A model generated the notes under the pieces. It did not search any database. It was not told the origin of the DNA and was given only the letters and a program-made list of their open reading frames with translations. Shown here piece by piece: positions 1 through 12,900 of a stretch of 64,000 nucleotides of DNA. The stretch is from Mobula hypostoma. Taxonomy: Eukaryota. Position 1 is the stretch's first letter. Each line of letters opens with the position of its first letter. The stretch is from contig NC_086097.1 in NCBI RefSeq assembly GCF_963921235.1, positions 215,018,001 to 215,082,000 of the forward strand. Reading direction: 5' to 3'. The position numbers were made by a program, and so were the translations under genes.

Positions 1-735
1 TCTTCATGTCTCCATATATATGTACAATGTGCAATCATAGTAATTCATAATTATTTATAATAAATAGACAGTCAATGTAATAAACACTAAAATCAGCGTG
101 AGTTAATCAGTCTGATGGCCTGGTGGAAGAAGCTGTTCCGGAGCCTGTTGGTCCTGGCTTTTATGCTGCGGTACCACTTCCTGGATGGTAGTAGCTGGAA
201 TAGATTGTGGTTGGGGTGACTTGAGCCCCCAATGATCCTACGGGCCCTTTTTACACACCTGTCCTTGTAAATGTCCTGAATCATGGGAAGTTCACAACTA
301 CAGATGCGCTGGGCTGTCCACACCACCCTCTGCAGAGTCCTACAACTTAGGGAGATACAGTTCCCATACCAGGCAGTGATGCAGCCAGTCAGGATGCTCT
401 CAATTGTGCCCCTGTAGAAAGTTCTTTGGATTTGGGGGCCCATACCAAACTTCCTCAATCATCTGAGGTGAAAGAGGCGCTGTTGTGCCTTTTTCACCAC
501 ACAACTGGCGTGCACAGACCACATGAAGTCCTCAGTGATGTGGATGCCGAGGAACTTGAAGCTGTTTACCCTCTCAACCCCAGGTCCATTTATGTCAATA
601 GGGGTTAGCCCGTCTCCATTCCTCCCGTAATCCACAACCAGCTCCTGTGTTTTTGCGACAATGAGGGAGAGGTTGTTTTCTTGACACCACTGTGTCAGAG
701 AGATGACTTCTTTCATGTAGGCCACCTTGTTATTC
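1..735 (-). mobile_element. Rex1/Babar-like LINE, 3' fragment (RT C-terminal region, frameshifted)
   Basis: ORFs 459-746 and 93-458 carry FKFLGIHIT...KKAQQRLFHLR, FYRGTIESILTGCITAWYGNC and RTNRLRNSFFHQAIRLIN, typical of the Rex1-type RT C-terminus. Confidence 0.85.
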
Positions 736-1069
736 AAAGAAAACACTTAGCATGGGGTTGTCACAAAAGGGACTTGAATGCTTCATTCTGAGGACACTAT
801 CTTGAGGCATATGCTTTATCATTTTAGCAAGCCTGATCTTTTTACTCATTACATTACTATTTGATTCTTCTTTCAAGTAGAACACACACCTCAATCATTT
901 TCTCCATTGCATAACACCAAAAACTCAAAGCAAGTTAACAGTTTCTAATCTATGTTTAACTAAAACATATACTGTTAATGCTGCCTTTAATTTCACATTT
1001 GAGGAACCAATAATTTTATATTTAGTGATAAAAGCAGAATAGTTGTACCTGGTGTTCTTGCAATATACA

Positions 1070-1655
1070 TGTAACGCGCTGTAAGGCTTCACTGCTAATG
1101 TAATGACTTCTCTGTAATGTTCACTGCTGAGGTAATGGTTTCTCTGCAGCAGCAATGTTTGGGTTATGGCTGGAGATAACAGGACTGTGGTATGCCTGTT
1201 AGCCAGTCAGAGATTGTTGCTCTGTGTTGTGAATCTGGAAAGATGTTGTTTTCGCGGTCCTTGGTCAAAGAGAGATGAAGAGGGAAGACACGTGTGGAGA
1301 GAGCTGGTAGACCACTGGACGGACTGGACTGGGATCTGAGGGGCCGAAGGTCGACGACGCTCGGAGGAGATCAATGATGGAAGAATGACTACTGAGTGAA
1401 CTCCAATGTGCACTTGTGACTTTTCCTTGAATTGGGCTCTTTTTTTTATTTTCATTACTAACCCTATATTCAGGTTAAGATTCATAAAGTTCACTCATTT
1501 AATTGTATATGGTGTACTGTCTGATATTTTGCGTTGTGGGTTTGTAACTGGGAGGTACATTACACAGCATCCACACAAATGTGCTTTCCCCGTTTGGCGG
1601 GGCCAAAGGCCGTTTCCCCTCGAAGAATACGAGCTGGGCGAGCCTGAGAGTTACA
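1070..1655. mobile_element. Solo LTR (586 bp), Gypsy-type
   Basis: TGTAAC...GTTACA termini; 4-bp TSD TACA (1066-1069 and 1656-1659); right end resembles the LTR end of the Gypsy element at 43523. Confidence 0.8.
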
Positions 1656-1822
1656 TACATTACAGTTTTACATTTGTGCAGTTTCAAAGAATTTTTTGTT
1701 TTCACCTTGCACTGTAAGTTCCACAAGGTTAAAAATTGCCATTTTGAATTGTAATCACTCTCATGCACTTCCTTAGTAATAAAAATGTAGCATTTAATCA
1801 TAATTTAACATAAGTTTATCAA

Positions 1823-2570
1823 AGAAACATAGAAACATAGACATAGAAAACCTACAGCACAATACAGGCCCTTCGGCCCACAGAATTGTGCCGAACATGT
1901 CCCTACCTTAGAAATGACTAGGCTTACCTATAGCCCTTTATTTTACTAAGCTCCATGTACTTATCTAAAAGTCTCTTAAAAGACCCTATCATATCCGCCT
2001 CCACCACCGTTGCCGGCAGTCCATTCCACACACTCACCACTCTCTGAGTAAAAAACTTACCCCTGACATCTCCTCTGTACCTACTCCCCAGCACCTTAAA
2101 CCTGTGTCCTCTTGTGGCAACCATTTCAGCCCTGGGAAAAAGCCTCTGACGATCCACACAATCAATGCCTCTCATCATCTTATACACCTCTATCAGGTCA
2201 CCTCTCATCCTCCGTCGCTCCAAGGAGAAAAGGCCGAGTTCACTCAACCTATTCTCATAAGACATGCTCCCCAATCCAGGCAACATCCTTGTAAATCTCC
2301 TCTGCACCCTTTCTATGGCTTCCACATCCTTCCTGTAGTGAAGCGACCAGAACTGAGCACAGTACAGGTGTGGTCTGACCAGGGTCCTATACAGTATAGC
2401 TGCAACGTTATCTCTCGGCTCCTAAACTCAATCCCACGATTGATGAAGGCCAATACACCGTATGCCTTCTTAACCACAGAGTCAACCTGCGCAGCTGCTT
2501 TGAGTGTCCTATGGACTCGGACCCCAAGATTCCTCTGATCCTCCAAACTGCCAAGAGTCTTACCATTCTG
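1823..2570 (-). mobile_element. CR1 LINE 3' fragment
   Basis: ORF 1924-2325 ERVQRRFTRMLPG...RGDLIEVYK...FFTQRVVSVWN; (CTATGTTT)n tail at the left end. Confidence 0.9.
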
Positions 2571-3390
2571 ATATTATGACTATATTCTGCCATCATATTT
2601 GCCCTACCAAAATGAATCATTTTGCACTTCAGAGTTTTAAAAGTTTTCCAAAATGCTTTGTAAGATTACTTAGAAGTGACAAATATAATGAGGAATTCTG
2701 CATCCTTCCTAGCTGAGTCAAGTATGGCAGCCAAAAATGGTAGATGGAATTTCCTTCTAGGTTACAGTCCATTAATTCTGGGGAAGAAGATCTAACATAA
2801 TTCAAAATCTAACAATTAGCATTGTTAATTTCTTTTTAGCATAATATGTTAAAATGTTTAACAGTTGTTTAAGATTTAACAAATGTTTAGCTATATGTAT
2901 TATGTATTCTCGCATACAAGAAACTAATTCAGATTTATGGGAAAAGAAACAATTTCAGACCATATTTTTGAGTAATTTTATTCCTTCAGCTGGGTTTTTG
3001 ATCAGTAAATCTGCATCATACTTATTTCATTGAAGCAGGCTAGATCTACTAAGGCTGGAATGATCTTCAAATATCTTTTAGATAGTGATTTTATTGCTTC
3101 TTCTTATTTGGTATTTTGATAAACTTTGCTCACATTCACCGAATTCAGGTTTAAGAAAATTAAAGTTGGTGGGGTAAAAATGACCCTTTTTGCTGAGAAA
3201 TTTTCTACAATGGTTGGATTTTAATACTTAGTTGCAAGCTTCAGAAAAAAATCTGGGTGTAGTGTGAAACTGAACATAGTCTGCCAGTACAGTACCTCAT
3301 ATTCAATGGTAGAAAATGTGACTGTTGACACTGCGGTTGGTTATAAAGCAAACATTTAATTCAAAATTTAACTGAAGACAAAAAACTTAC

Positions 3391-3584
3391 TACAATTACT
3401 GCAGCAATTCTTTTAGCAACTATTGGATTGATCTGTAAAACGTGAGCAAATTGCCATCCATAGAGATCAAAGATAACCTTTACACCATTTTGTTGTGTCT
3501 TGACCTCCTTCACAATTAGTTCTGATGTGATCAGGCTGACACGAAATACTTCATAGACTGAAAACAGCTTGGGATCCCAATGTC
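3391..3584 (-). CDS. TTPA: Alpha-tocopherol transfer protein, internal coding exon 3 (194 bp)
   Basis: Manual translation (G)[64 protein letters not shown] matches the TTPA CRAL-TRIO segment; acceptor tttttctag, donor gtaagt; phase joins exon 2. Not in the ORF track. Confidence 0.93.
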
Positions 3585-4687
3585 CTAGAAAAAGAAATGG
3601 ACAGTGATCAGATACCAGTCATTTTCCTTTATTTCAACCTCACTCAGAAAAGATAAATTCACTCAATATCATCTAATAGAACTGCTTCAGATTTCCCTTT
3701 CTATTTCATCTCCACTGTTTGGTAACCTGTGAGAAACATCATACATGATTCTAATTCCATCCATTATTTACCCCCAGCTCCATTTTCACACAATCTCAAG
3801 ACATCCTTACCTTACAACACCAACATGACTGCCAGGATCATGTTGACCTGCAACCAGGAGTTGTAATGCAGAAGGCAAGAATCTACTGGAAATCAGGATG
3901 AGGCTCAGTCAGACTGAACCAAGGGGCCAGATAGACTTGTTTCCAGATCCTCAACTTTGGCACGGCCCCTTTCACTTAATTGGGAACACTGGGCTTGTCA
4001 AAGACATTGAAGGCTAGAACAAGGGCTGCAACAACATGAATAGGAAGTTTGTTAAATAGCAGGAAAGAATAATAGAGAAGAAATGTTCACACTGGAGGGA
4101 AGTTACAGTCAACTTCCTCAGAAGTTAGTAGTGCAGCCAATTTTATTAAAATATGGTATGTGTTAATGGTTATGATTTGGATGTACAAGCCAGAATTTCC
4201 AAATATGCATACTTTAACATTTAGAGTTTTAATGAAATAGAGAGGACAGTAACGGCCTTCAATGAGATACGTACGGGTGGATAAGCGGCAGAGAAATATT
4301 GAGATATATGAAATGTTTATGTTCGTCAAAATGATAAACTCTCATGTGACATCCTAATACACACATAAGCCGAGAAATCAGATATAATTATGCTTATTTT
4401 GTTTAAGTACACGCTGTTTTGTAAATGCCTTGCAAAATGGTGACCATTTCTGATAGAAGTCCCACCCACTGCAGCTTCTGGATGCAACTCACTGTAGGGT
4501 AGTTGATGCTTTGTTTGTATTATTTCCCCGAGAGATGATGCAACCAACATCCGCAATGCTCATTTCTGCCTTGCCAGCAGAAAAACAAGATGAACTAATA
4601 ATGTGCAACCTATGACCTCAATTTATAGCTCCCAGCAAAACAGAAAGGCAAGCCATGCGACAATAGATATGCTATAAAGAATTCAGA

Positions 4688-4880
4688 GCAACACTCACAA
4701 AATACTGGAGAAACTCAGCAGGTCAGGCAGCATCTAATGGATGGAATAAAGAGCCAATGTTTCAGGCTGAGACCCTTCATCAGGACTAGAAAGAAAAGAG
4801 GAAGGAGCCAGAATCAGAAGCTGGCAGGGTGGGGGTGGGGAGAGATGAAGGAGTACAAGCTAAAAGGTGATAAGTGATAA
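4688..4880 (-). mobile_element. Penelope-like terminal fragment with decayed minimal hammerhead (4752-4787)
   Basis: Minus strand AGTC-CTGATGA-AGG...CCT-GAAACATT-GGCT followed by GATGCTGCCTGACCTGCTGAG; homologous copies at 24628, 36445, 40838 and 63625. Confidence 0.75.
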
Positions 4881-5238
4881 GAGATCACAAAATGTCCTTA
4901 GCAATATTCACATTACATGTTTCATGCAAATAAAAAATACTAAATGTTGCAATAATTCCAAAAGCTGCAGAGGTGCAGTGTGTTGCCGGCTTAACCAGGA
5001 GATGGCATGGGGAAAAATACAATGCATGAAAATGCTGTCTCCATGAACAGTATAACAAAACTGCTAATATACTCAAAATAACAGAATCTTGAAAGGAGAA
5101 AACAATCAATATTGGTTTTGCAATCATTCTCATGCTAATTAGGATATTTCCTTGTACATTCCTCATATTAATGCTTCGTTTATTTAGCAAAGAATTCCCC
5201 TGAAGACTAGGGAGTACAGATTAATGAGACTCGTGCAG

Positions 5239-7731
5239 TAGAAACATAGAAACATAGAAACATAGAAAATAGGTGCAGGAGTAGGCCATTCGGCCCTTCG
5301 AGCCTGCACCACCATTTATTATGATCATGGCTGATCCTCCAACTCAGAACCCCGCCCCAGCCTTCTCTCCATACCCCCTGACCCCCGTAGCCACAAGGGC
5401 CATATCTAACTCCCTCTTAAATATAGCCAATGAACTGGCCTCAACTGTTTCCTGTGGCAGAGAATTCCACAGATTCACCACTCTCTGTGTGAAGAAGTTT
5501 TTCCTAATCTCGGTCCTAAAAGGCTTCCCCTCTGTCCTCAAACTGTGGCCCGTCGTTCTGGGCTTCCCCAACATCGGGAACAATCTTCCTGCATCTAGCC
5601 TGTCCAATCCCTTTAGGATCTTATACGTTTCAATCAGATCCCCCCTCAATCTTCTAAATTCCAACGAGTACAAGCCCAGTTCATCCAGTCTTTCTTCATA
5701 TAGAAACATAGAAACATAGAAAATAGGTGCAGGAGTAGGCCATTCGGCTCGAGCCTGCACCGCCATTTATTATGATCATGGCTGATCATCCAACTCAGAA
5801 CCCCGCCCCAGCCTTCCCCCCATACCCCCTGACCCCCGTAGCCACAAGGGCCATATCTAACTCCCTCTTAAATATAGCCAGTGAACTGGCCTCAACAGTT
5901 TCCTGTGGCAGAGAATTCCACAGATTCACCACTCTCTGTGTGAAGAAGTTTTTCCTAATCTCGGTCCTAAAAGGCTTCCCCTCTATCCTCAAACTGTGGC
6001 CCCTTGTTCTGGACTTCTCCAACATCGGGAACAATCTTCCTGCATCTAGCCTGTCCAATCCCTTTAGGATCTTATACGTTTCAATCAGATCCCCCCTCAA
6101 TCTTCTAAATTCCAACGAGTACAAGCCCAGTTCATCCAGTCTTTCTTCATATAGAAACATAGAAACATAGAAAATAGGTGCAGGAGTAGGCCATGGCCCT
6201 TCGAGCCTGCACCGCCATTTATTATGATCATGGCTGATCATCCAACTCAGAACCCCGCCCCAGCCTTCCCTCCATACCCCCTGACCCCCGTAGCCACAAG
6301 GGCCATATCTAACTCCCTCTTAAATATAGCCAATGAACTGGCCTCAACTGTTTCCTGTGGCAGAGAATTCCACAGATTCACCACTCTCTGTGTGAAGAAG
6401 TTTTTCCTAATCTCGGTCCTAAAAGGCTTCCCCTCTGTCCTCAAACTGTGGCCCCTCGTTCTGGGCTTCCCCAACATCGGGAACAATCTTCCTGCATCTA
6501 GCCTGTCCAATCCCTTTAGGATCTTATACGTTTCAATCAGATCCCCCCTCAATCTTCTAAATTCCAACGAGTACAAGCCCAGTTCATCCAGTCTTTCTTC
6601 ATATAGAAACATAGAAACATAGAAAATAGGTGCAGGAGTAGGCCATTCGGCTCGAGCCTGCACCGCCATTTATTATGATCATGGCTGATCATCCAACTCA
6701 GAACCCCGCCCCAGCCTTCCCCCCATACCCCCTGACCCCCGTAGCCACAAGGGCCATATCTAACTCCCTCTTAAATATAGCCAGTGAACTGGCCTCAACA
6801 GTTTCCTGTGGCAGAGAATTCCACAGATTCACCACTCTCTGTGTGAAGAAGTTTTTCCTAATCTCGGTCCTAAAAGGCTTCCCCTCTATCCTCAAACTGT
6901 GGCCCCTTGTTCTGGACTTCTCCAACATCGGGAACAATCTTCCTGCATCTAGCCTGTCCAATCCCTTTAGGATCTTATACGTTTCAATCAGATCCCCCCT
7001 CAATCTTCTAAATTCCAACGAGTACAAGCCCAGTTCATCCAGTCTTTCTTCATATAGAAACATAGAAACATAGAAAATAGGTGCAGGAGTAGGCCATGGC
7101 CCTTCGAGCCTGCACCGCCATTTATTATGATCATGGCTGATCATCCAACTCAGAACCCCGCCCCAGCCTTCCCTCCATACCCCCTGACCCCCGTAGCCAC
7201 AAGGGCCATATCTAACTCCCTCTTAAATATAGCCAATGAACTGGCCTCAACTGTTTCCTGTGGCAGAGAATTCCACAGATTCACCACTCTCTGTGTGAAG
7301 ATGTTTTTCCTAATCTCGGTCCTAAAAGGCTTCCCCTCTGTCCTCAAACTGTGGCCCCTCGTTCTGGACTTCCCCAACATCGGGAACAATCTTCCTGCAT
7401 CTAGCCTGTCCAATCCCTTTAGGATCTTATACGTTTCAATCAGATCCCCCCTCAATCTTCTAAATTCCAACGAGTACAAGCCCAGTTCATCCAGTCTTTC
7501 TTCATATGAAAGTCCTGCCATCCCAGGAATCAATCTGGTGAACCTTCTTTGTACTCCCTCTATGGCAAAGATGTCTTTCCTCAGCTTAGGGGACCAAAAC
7601 TGCACACAATACTCCAGGTGTGGTCTCACCAAGGCCTTGTACAACTGCAGTAGTACCTCCCTGCTCCTGTACTCGAATCCTCTCGCTATAAATGCCAGCA
7701 TACCATTCGCCTTTTTCACCGCCTGCTGTAC
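5239..7731 (-). repeat. Tandem array of five young CR1 3' ends (periods 451/452/451/452 bp; last unit longer)
   Basis: Junction ...TCTTCATA|TAGAAACATAG at 5700, 6151, 6603 and 7054; repeated ORFs EERLDELGLYSLEF...GKAGAGF. Confidence 0.95.
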
Positions 7732-7778
7732 AATGAGCTTCTTTAATTACAGAATCAAAGGGAAGATGCAGTACTTAC

Positions 7779-7932
7779 CAATGTTGTATATCAAAACTCT
7801 GCTTCCACTAGAATCACGAGACCTCAAAACTGCATGGTAACCAGCCTTTAGGAGACCTATAATGGATGAAGGCCTCAGATCTGCGCTGATCTCAGGGCAT
7901 TCAGCTCTCCATTTATGGTAGTTTGACAGTAA
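7779..7932 (-). CDS. TTPA: Alpha-tocopherol transfer protein, internal coding exon 2 (154 bp)
   Basis: [51 protein letters not shown](G) inside ORF 7747-7947; acceptor cacag at 7933, donor gtaagt at 7778. Confidence 0.95.
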
Positions 7933-8087
7933 CTGTGAAGTGAACATGGAAAGGTATTATTTGGGCAACAGGATTCCTCACTCCTTGAATAATTGAAAAG
8001 TAATGCCAAATTTTTACTTTTATTTTTAAAAATTCACTGTTATTATGTCTCTCTGGAAGTTAACTTTCTTAATGCACAATTCCTCAT

Positions 8088-9313
8088 ACAGATGAAGGTA
8101 GAGCAGTGGATATAGTGTATATGGATTTCAGTAAGGCATTTGATAAGGTTCCCCATGCAAGGATCATTCAGAAAGTAAGGAGGCATGGGATCCAAGGAGA
8201 CCTTGCTTTGTAGATACAGAATTGGCTTGCCCACAGAAGGCAAAGGGTGGTTGTAGATGGTTTGTATTCAGCATGAAGGTCGGGGACCAGTGGTGTTCTG
8301 CAGGGATCTGTTCTGGGACCCCTCCTCTTTCTGACTTTTATAAATTACCTGGATGAGGAAGTAGAAGGGTGGGTTAATAAGTTTGCAAATGGCAAAATCT
8401 GGGGGGTGTTGTGGATAGTCTGGAAGGTTGTCAAAGTTACAGCGGGACATCAATAGGATGCAGAACTAGGTTGAGAAGTGGAGATGGAATTCAACCCAGA
8501 TAAGTTTGAAGTAGTTCATTTCAGTAGGTCAAGTTTGAAGACAGAATATAATGTTAATGGGAAGACTCTTGGCAGTATAGAGGATCAGCAAGATCTTGGG
8601 GTCCATGTCCATAGGACACTCAAATCTGCTGTGCAAGTTGACAGTGTTTTTAAGAAGGCGTATGGTATGATGGCCTTCATCAATCATGGGATTGAGTTCA
8701 AGAGCTGTGAGGTAATGTTATAGCTGTAAAAGACCTTAGTTAGACCCCACTTGAAGTACTGTGTTCAGTTCTGGTCAACTCACTACAGGAAGGATGTGGA
8801 TACTATATAGAGAGAGAGAGCAGAGGAGATCTGCAAGGATGTTGCCTGGGTTGGAGAGCATGCCTTATGAGAATAGGTTGAGTGAACTTGGCCTTTTCTC
8901 CTTGGAGTGACAGAGGATGAGAGGTGACCTGATAAGAGATGTGGATAAGATGATGAGAGGCATTGATCATGTGGATAGCCAGAAGCTTTTTCCTAGGGCT
9001 GAAATGGCTAACATGAGGGGGCTTAGTTTTAAGGTGCTTGGAAACAGGTACAAGAGGGATGTCAGGGGTATGCTTTTCACACGGAGAGTGGTGGGTGCGC
9101 AGAATGCACTGCCAGTGTTAGTGGTAGAGGCGGATACAATAGGGTCTTTTAAGAGACTCTTAGGTAGGTACATGGAGCTTAGGAAAATAGAGGGCTATTC
9201 AGTAGGGTATTTCTAGGCAGTTTCTAGAGTAGGTTACATGGTTGGCACAACATTGTGAGCCGAAGAGCTTCTAATGTGCTGTAGATTTCTACGTTATATG
9301 TTTCTATGTTCTA
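8088..9313 (+). mobile_element. Degenerate 5'-truncated CR1 LINE
   Basis: RT remnants (MDFSKAFDKVP, ORFs 8478-8723 and 8917-9216) with stops and frameshifts; TTCTATG tail. Confidence 0.9.
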
Positions 9314-9916
9314 CATACAAATGTTTAAATGGTACCATAAATGAATTTTACTCAAACTCAAATCAGCACTTGCCCACTCCAGGAAAAAATTTCTCACCTT
9401 CCATAAGCATATTGCATGTACTCATGAAGCCCAACATGTCAATCTGTGTCTATCACTTAGCCACAAATCTAGTTCTTAAACAATGTATATGCATCCCGCC
9501 AGCGCACAGAACACAAACATTGCAGAAGGCCTGAACTGAAGGGATGAGCCATGGTGTGGTGTTAAAGGACCTGACATTACCTGGCTTTCCGCCACCGTAT
9601 TATTCAATGCAGCCTTATTCTATGTTCTCATCCACAGTAGTTGCCCTGCTCCAAAAAGACATGACATTTCCTAACCCTACAATTCATCTCCATTCTTCTC
9701 AAGGTCTCAAGAAGCCTTCTATAGATTGTATAATAAGTACCAATTTTCTAGCCAGTTCTGATTTTATCCACAATATTCTCCACTACCACCAAACTTTTCT
9801 ACAATTCTACATCTACTCTTTTGCTCCCCTTTTCATATTCTCACTTGGTCCCAGATCATCTCCCTAGCTCACTTTGACAATCCCCCCTCTCGATTATCCT
9901 CTAGACCAAATACTCT

Positions 9917-10290
9917 GAAGCTGCCCAGAATGGCTGGAAGACCAAGATTTTCCCTGTAGAAGTGGGATGGAGGGGATTCGTTGCTACATCTACGACCAGT
10001 CTATTGAAGAAGATGGGGGTGAGGGGTCACTTCCTCCAACAAGCAATCAAGTCCTTGTCAAATACAGCAGAAGAAAGCAGCAATTGGATTTGGATTAAAA
10101 GGAAAGACAACAACTGGGCTACAAGATGAAGACAGGAGAGGATGGAACTGAGGGGAGTGTATCTGGGACGCCAGGTAGCACCGCTGAGCCCTCTGGAGAC
10201 GTCGTGGGCTTATCAACGAAATGTCAAAGAAGGAGGGTGCCCACCGGATGACTCCGATGACGTACCTACCCTCCCTCCTTGTCACCACAT
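9917..10290 (+). mobile_element. HERO-like (R2 group, restriction-like endonuclease) non-LTR retrotransposon 3' fragment
   Basis: Manual translation of 9917-10129: EAAQNGWKTKIFPVEVGWRGFVATSTTSLLKKMGVRGHFLQQAIKSLSNTAEESSNWIWIKRKDNNWATR*. The PVEVGxRGF motif is the RLE C-terminus; a 3' UTR follows. Confidence 0.75.
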
Positions 10291-10664
10291 ATCCAAACCC
10301 ACTGCCAACCTACTATAGGGATTGAAACATCAAGTCCTAGTAGCTCTACTACTGGCCTGACCATCACCCATTGAATACTTTTCCCAGCACAACTGGTCTC
10401 CCCACTCCCCACCACCATCTCCTCCATGTCCATAGGCTCCTACCACTTCGATTGTGTTCATAAATTGAGGATGAAATGCCTTTGTGACTCTGCATACAAT
10501 ATATCATCACTGAATTGCACGCTCCCTAGTGCAGCTCTTCTTCACAGTGGAAAATGTACACTGAAGAATTTTTTTGCCCAGTAATGCACTTACTGTCCAT
10601 TGTGACTATTTTTAAGTCTCAATAATGAAGCATTACCTTTAATTGCAGAAAAGATGAGTGTCTG

Positions 10665-11852
10665 AATTACTAGAGAGGGAATTTGGTGAATGCCTATGAG
10701 ATGGCTCTTTAGAGCAGCTTGTGCTTGAGCCTACTCAGGGAAAAGCTATCTTAGATTGGGTGTTGTGTAATAACCCAGATTTTATTACAGAGCTTAAGGT
10801 AAAGGAGCCCTTAGAAGCCAGTGATCATAATATGATTGAATTCATACTACAGTTTGAGAGAGAGAAGCATAAATCACATGTATCAGTATCACAATGGAAT
10901 AAAGGGAATTACAGAGGCATGAGAGTGGAGCTTGCCCAGGTGGACTGGAGAGGGATTCTAGAAGGATGACAGCAGAGCAGAAGTGGCTGAAGTTTCTGGG
11001 AATAGTTCACAAGGCGCAGGATAGATATGTTCCACAGGTGAAGTAGTTCTCAAATGGCAGAGGTAGGTAACCGTGGCTGATAACAGAAGTTAAGGACTGC
11101 ATAAAAGCAAAGGAAAGGCCATATAATGTAGGAAACGTGAGTGGGAAGTTGAATGATTGGGAAGTTTTTAAAATCCAACAAAAGGCAACTAAAAAAGCCA
11201 TAAGAAGGGAAAAGATGAAATATGAGGGCAAACTAGCCAATAATATAAAGCAGGATACTAAAAGTTTTTTCAGATATATACAGAGTACAAGGGAGGTGAC
11301 AGTTGATATTGGTCCATTGGAAAATGATGCTGGTGAGGTAGTAATGTGGGACAAAGAAATGGCGGATGAACTGAATGAGTATTTTGCATCAGTCTACTAG
11401 CAGCGTGCCAGACCTTCGTGAGTATCAGGGAGCAGGAGTGAGTGCCATTGCTATTAGAAAGGAAAAAGTGCTAGGCAAACTGGAAGGTCTTAAGGTGGAT
11501 AAGTCACCTGGACTAAAAGGACTACATCCCAGAGTCCTGAGAGAGGTTGCTAAAGAGATAATGGATGCATTGCTCATGATCTTTCAAGAATCACTTGATT
11601 CTGACCTGGTTCCGGAGGACTGGAAAATTGCAAATGACACTCCACTCTTTAAGAAGGGAGGAAGGCAAAAGAAAGGAAATTATAGGCCAGTTAGCTTAAC
11701 CTCAGTGGTTGGGAAAATGTTGGAGTCTCTTATTAAGGATGAGGTTTCAGGGTACAAAGACTAATTATAAAATAAGTCAAAGCATAGTTTCTGTAAAGGG
11801 AAATCTTGCCTGACAGAAGTTCTTTGAGGAAGTAACAAGCAGGATGGACAAA
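10665..11852 (+). mobile_element. Old CR1 internal fragment (end of endonuclease to start of RT)
   Basis: ORFs with ILDWVL...SDHNMIEF, KSPG...HPRVL and NYRPVSLTSVVGK. Confidence 0.9.
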
Positions 11853-12230
11853 GATCCCACACACCCAGCTCATGGACTGTTTGTCCCACTCCCATCAGGG
11901 AGGATGCTATGTTGTGTCCATGCCAGGACCACCAGAGTCAAAAACAGTTACTTTCCCACACAATAAGGCTCATCAACACCTTCACCCACCATTTCAGCCC
12001 CCCATACACCAACTTCATTACTTTATCATTTCCTGTTAGTCTCATTATGTACAGACACTCCTGTGCCTCACATTACATCATGGACGTACAACCAATCTAT
12101 GTATATAAACTCTTATGTATTTATATTTATTGTTTTTTTAAAATTATAATTTTCTTTATCTTATTGTGTTTCATTTTCTGCTGCATCAGAGCCAGGGTAA
12201 CAATTATTTTGTAATCTTGAATCTTGAATG
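11853..12230 (+). mobile_element. Rex1-like LINE 3' end
   Basis: DPTHPAHGLFVPLPSGR-type coding remnant, T-rich 3' UTR, ATCTTGA repeat tail. Confidence 0.65.
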
Positions 12231-12374
12231 AATTGTCAATGTGATACTCAAAGCCGCAATGAACAGACTATTGAAAACAAATAACTTATGGTTCCTCAGT
12301 GGTTGAACCATTTGGTAACTTTCACTGTTTAAGCTCATGAGTGATTATGACTATACAACTTCCTCAATGATTAG

Positions 12375-12635
12375 ATTCATAGATAGTGGAAACATACCTT
12401 TGGCCCACTGATTCCACATTGACCACCAAAGATCCCCATAAATTAATCCCGGTTCACCTTCGTCATATTCCTTCAATGCCCCACCAAATTCCCCATTGTA
12501 CCTACACACAAGGGGCAATTTGCATTGTATAATTATCCTGTCAACAGGCACATCTTTGGGAATGTTGGAGAACACTAGAGCAATGGAGGAAATCCAAGCT
12601 GCAACAGGGAAAATGTGCATACTCCACATTCTGGC
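12375..12635 (-). mobile_element. Degenerate V-SINE-like SINE
   Basis: Minus strand TGTGGAGTATGCACATTTTCCCTG...TTTCCTCC...CATTCCCAAAGATGT resembles the V-SINE core; CR1-like tail. Confidence 0.55.
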
Positions 12636-12900
12636 AGGACTGATGGAAGGAAAAACAACCTGGTGTCAGGTCCTCCAAAAGATAGAGGAAATATACAATC
12701 AATGGGATCACCGATGACTGGCCATTAAAAAATATCATACAACAGTCAGTTTTTCATGGAACCAGACCAGTACTGATGTGCTGCTGAATTCAGTCTCACT
12801 AACACAATGAATTTGGATTGCCACCTGTAATTGTTATGGTCAATCTGTTATCGGCTGTGACAGAGTAATCGAGCTCCATAATGTTCTGTCGTGCTAAATG

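Noticed and set aside
5321..7840. Repeated 132-148 aa ORFs on both strands as a tandem gene family or CRISPR-like array
   Set aside because: They are CR1 ORF2 C-termini and their antisense shadows; units are ~450 bp with no unique spacers.
9391..9480. Donor-like AAG|GTGAG as the end of TTPA exon 1
   Set aside because: The required frame hits a TGA within 8 codons and shows no CRAL-TRIO-N similarity.
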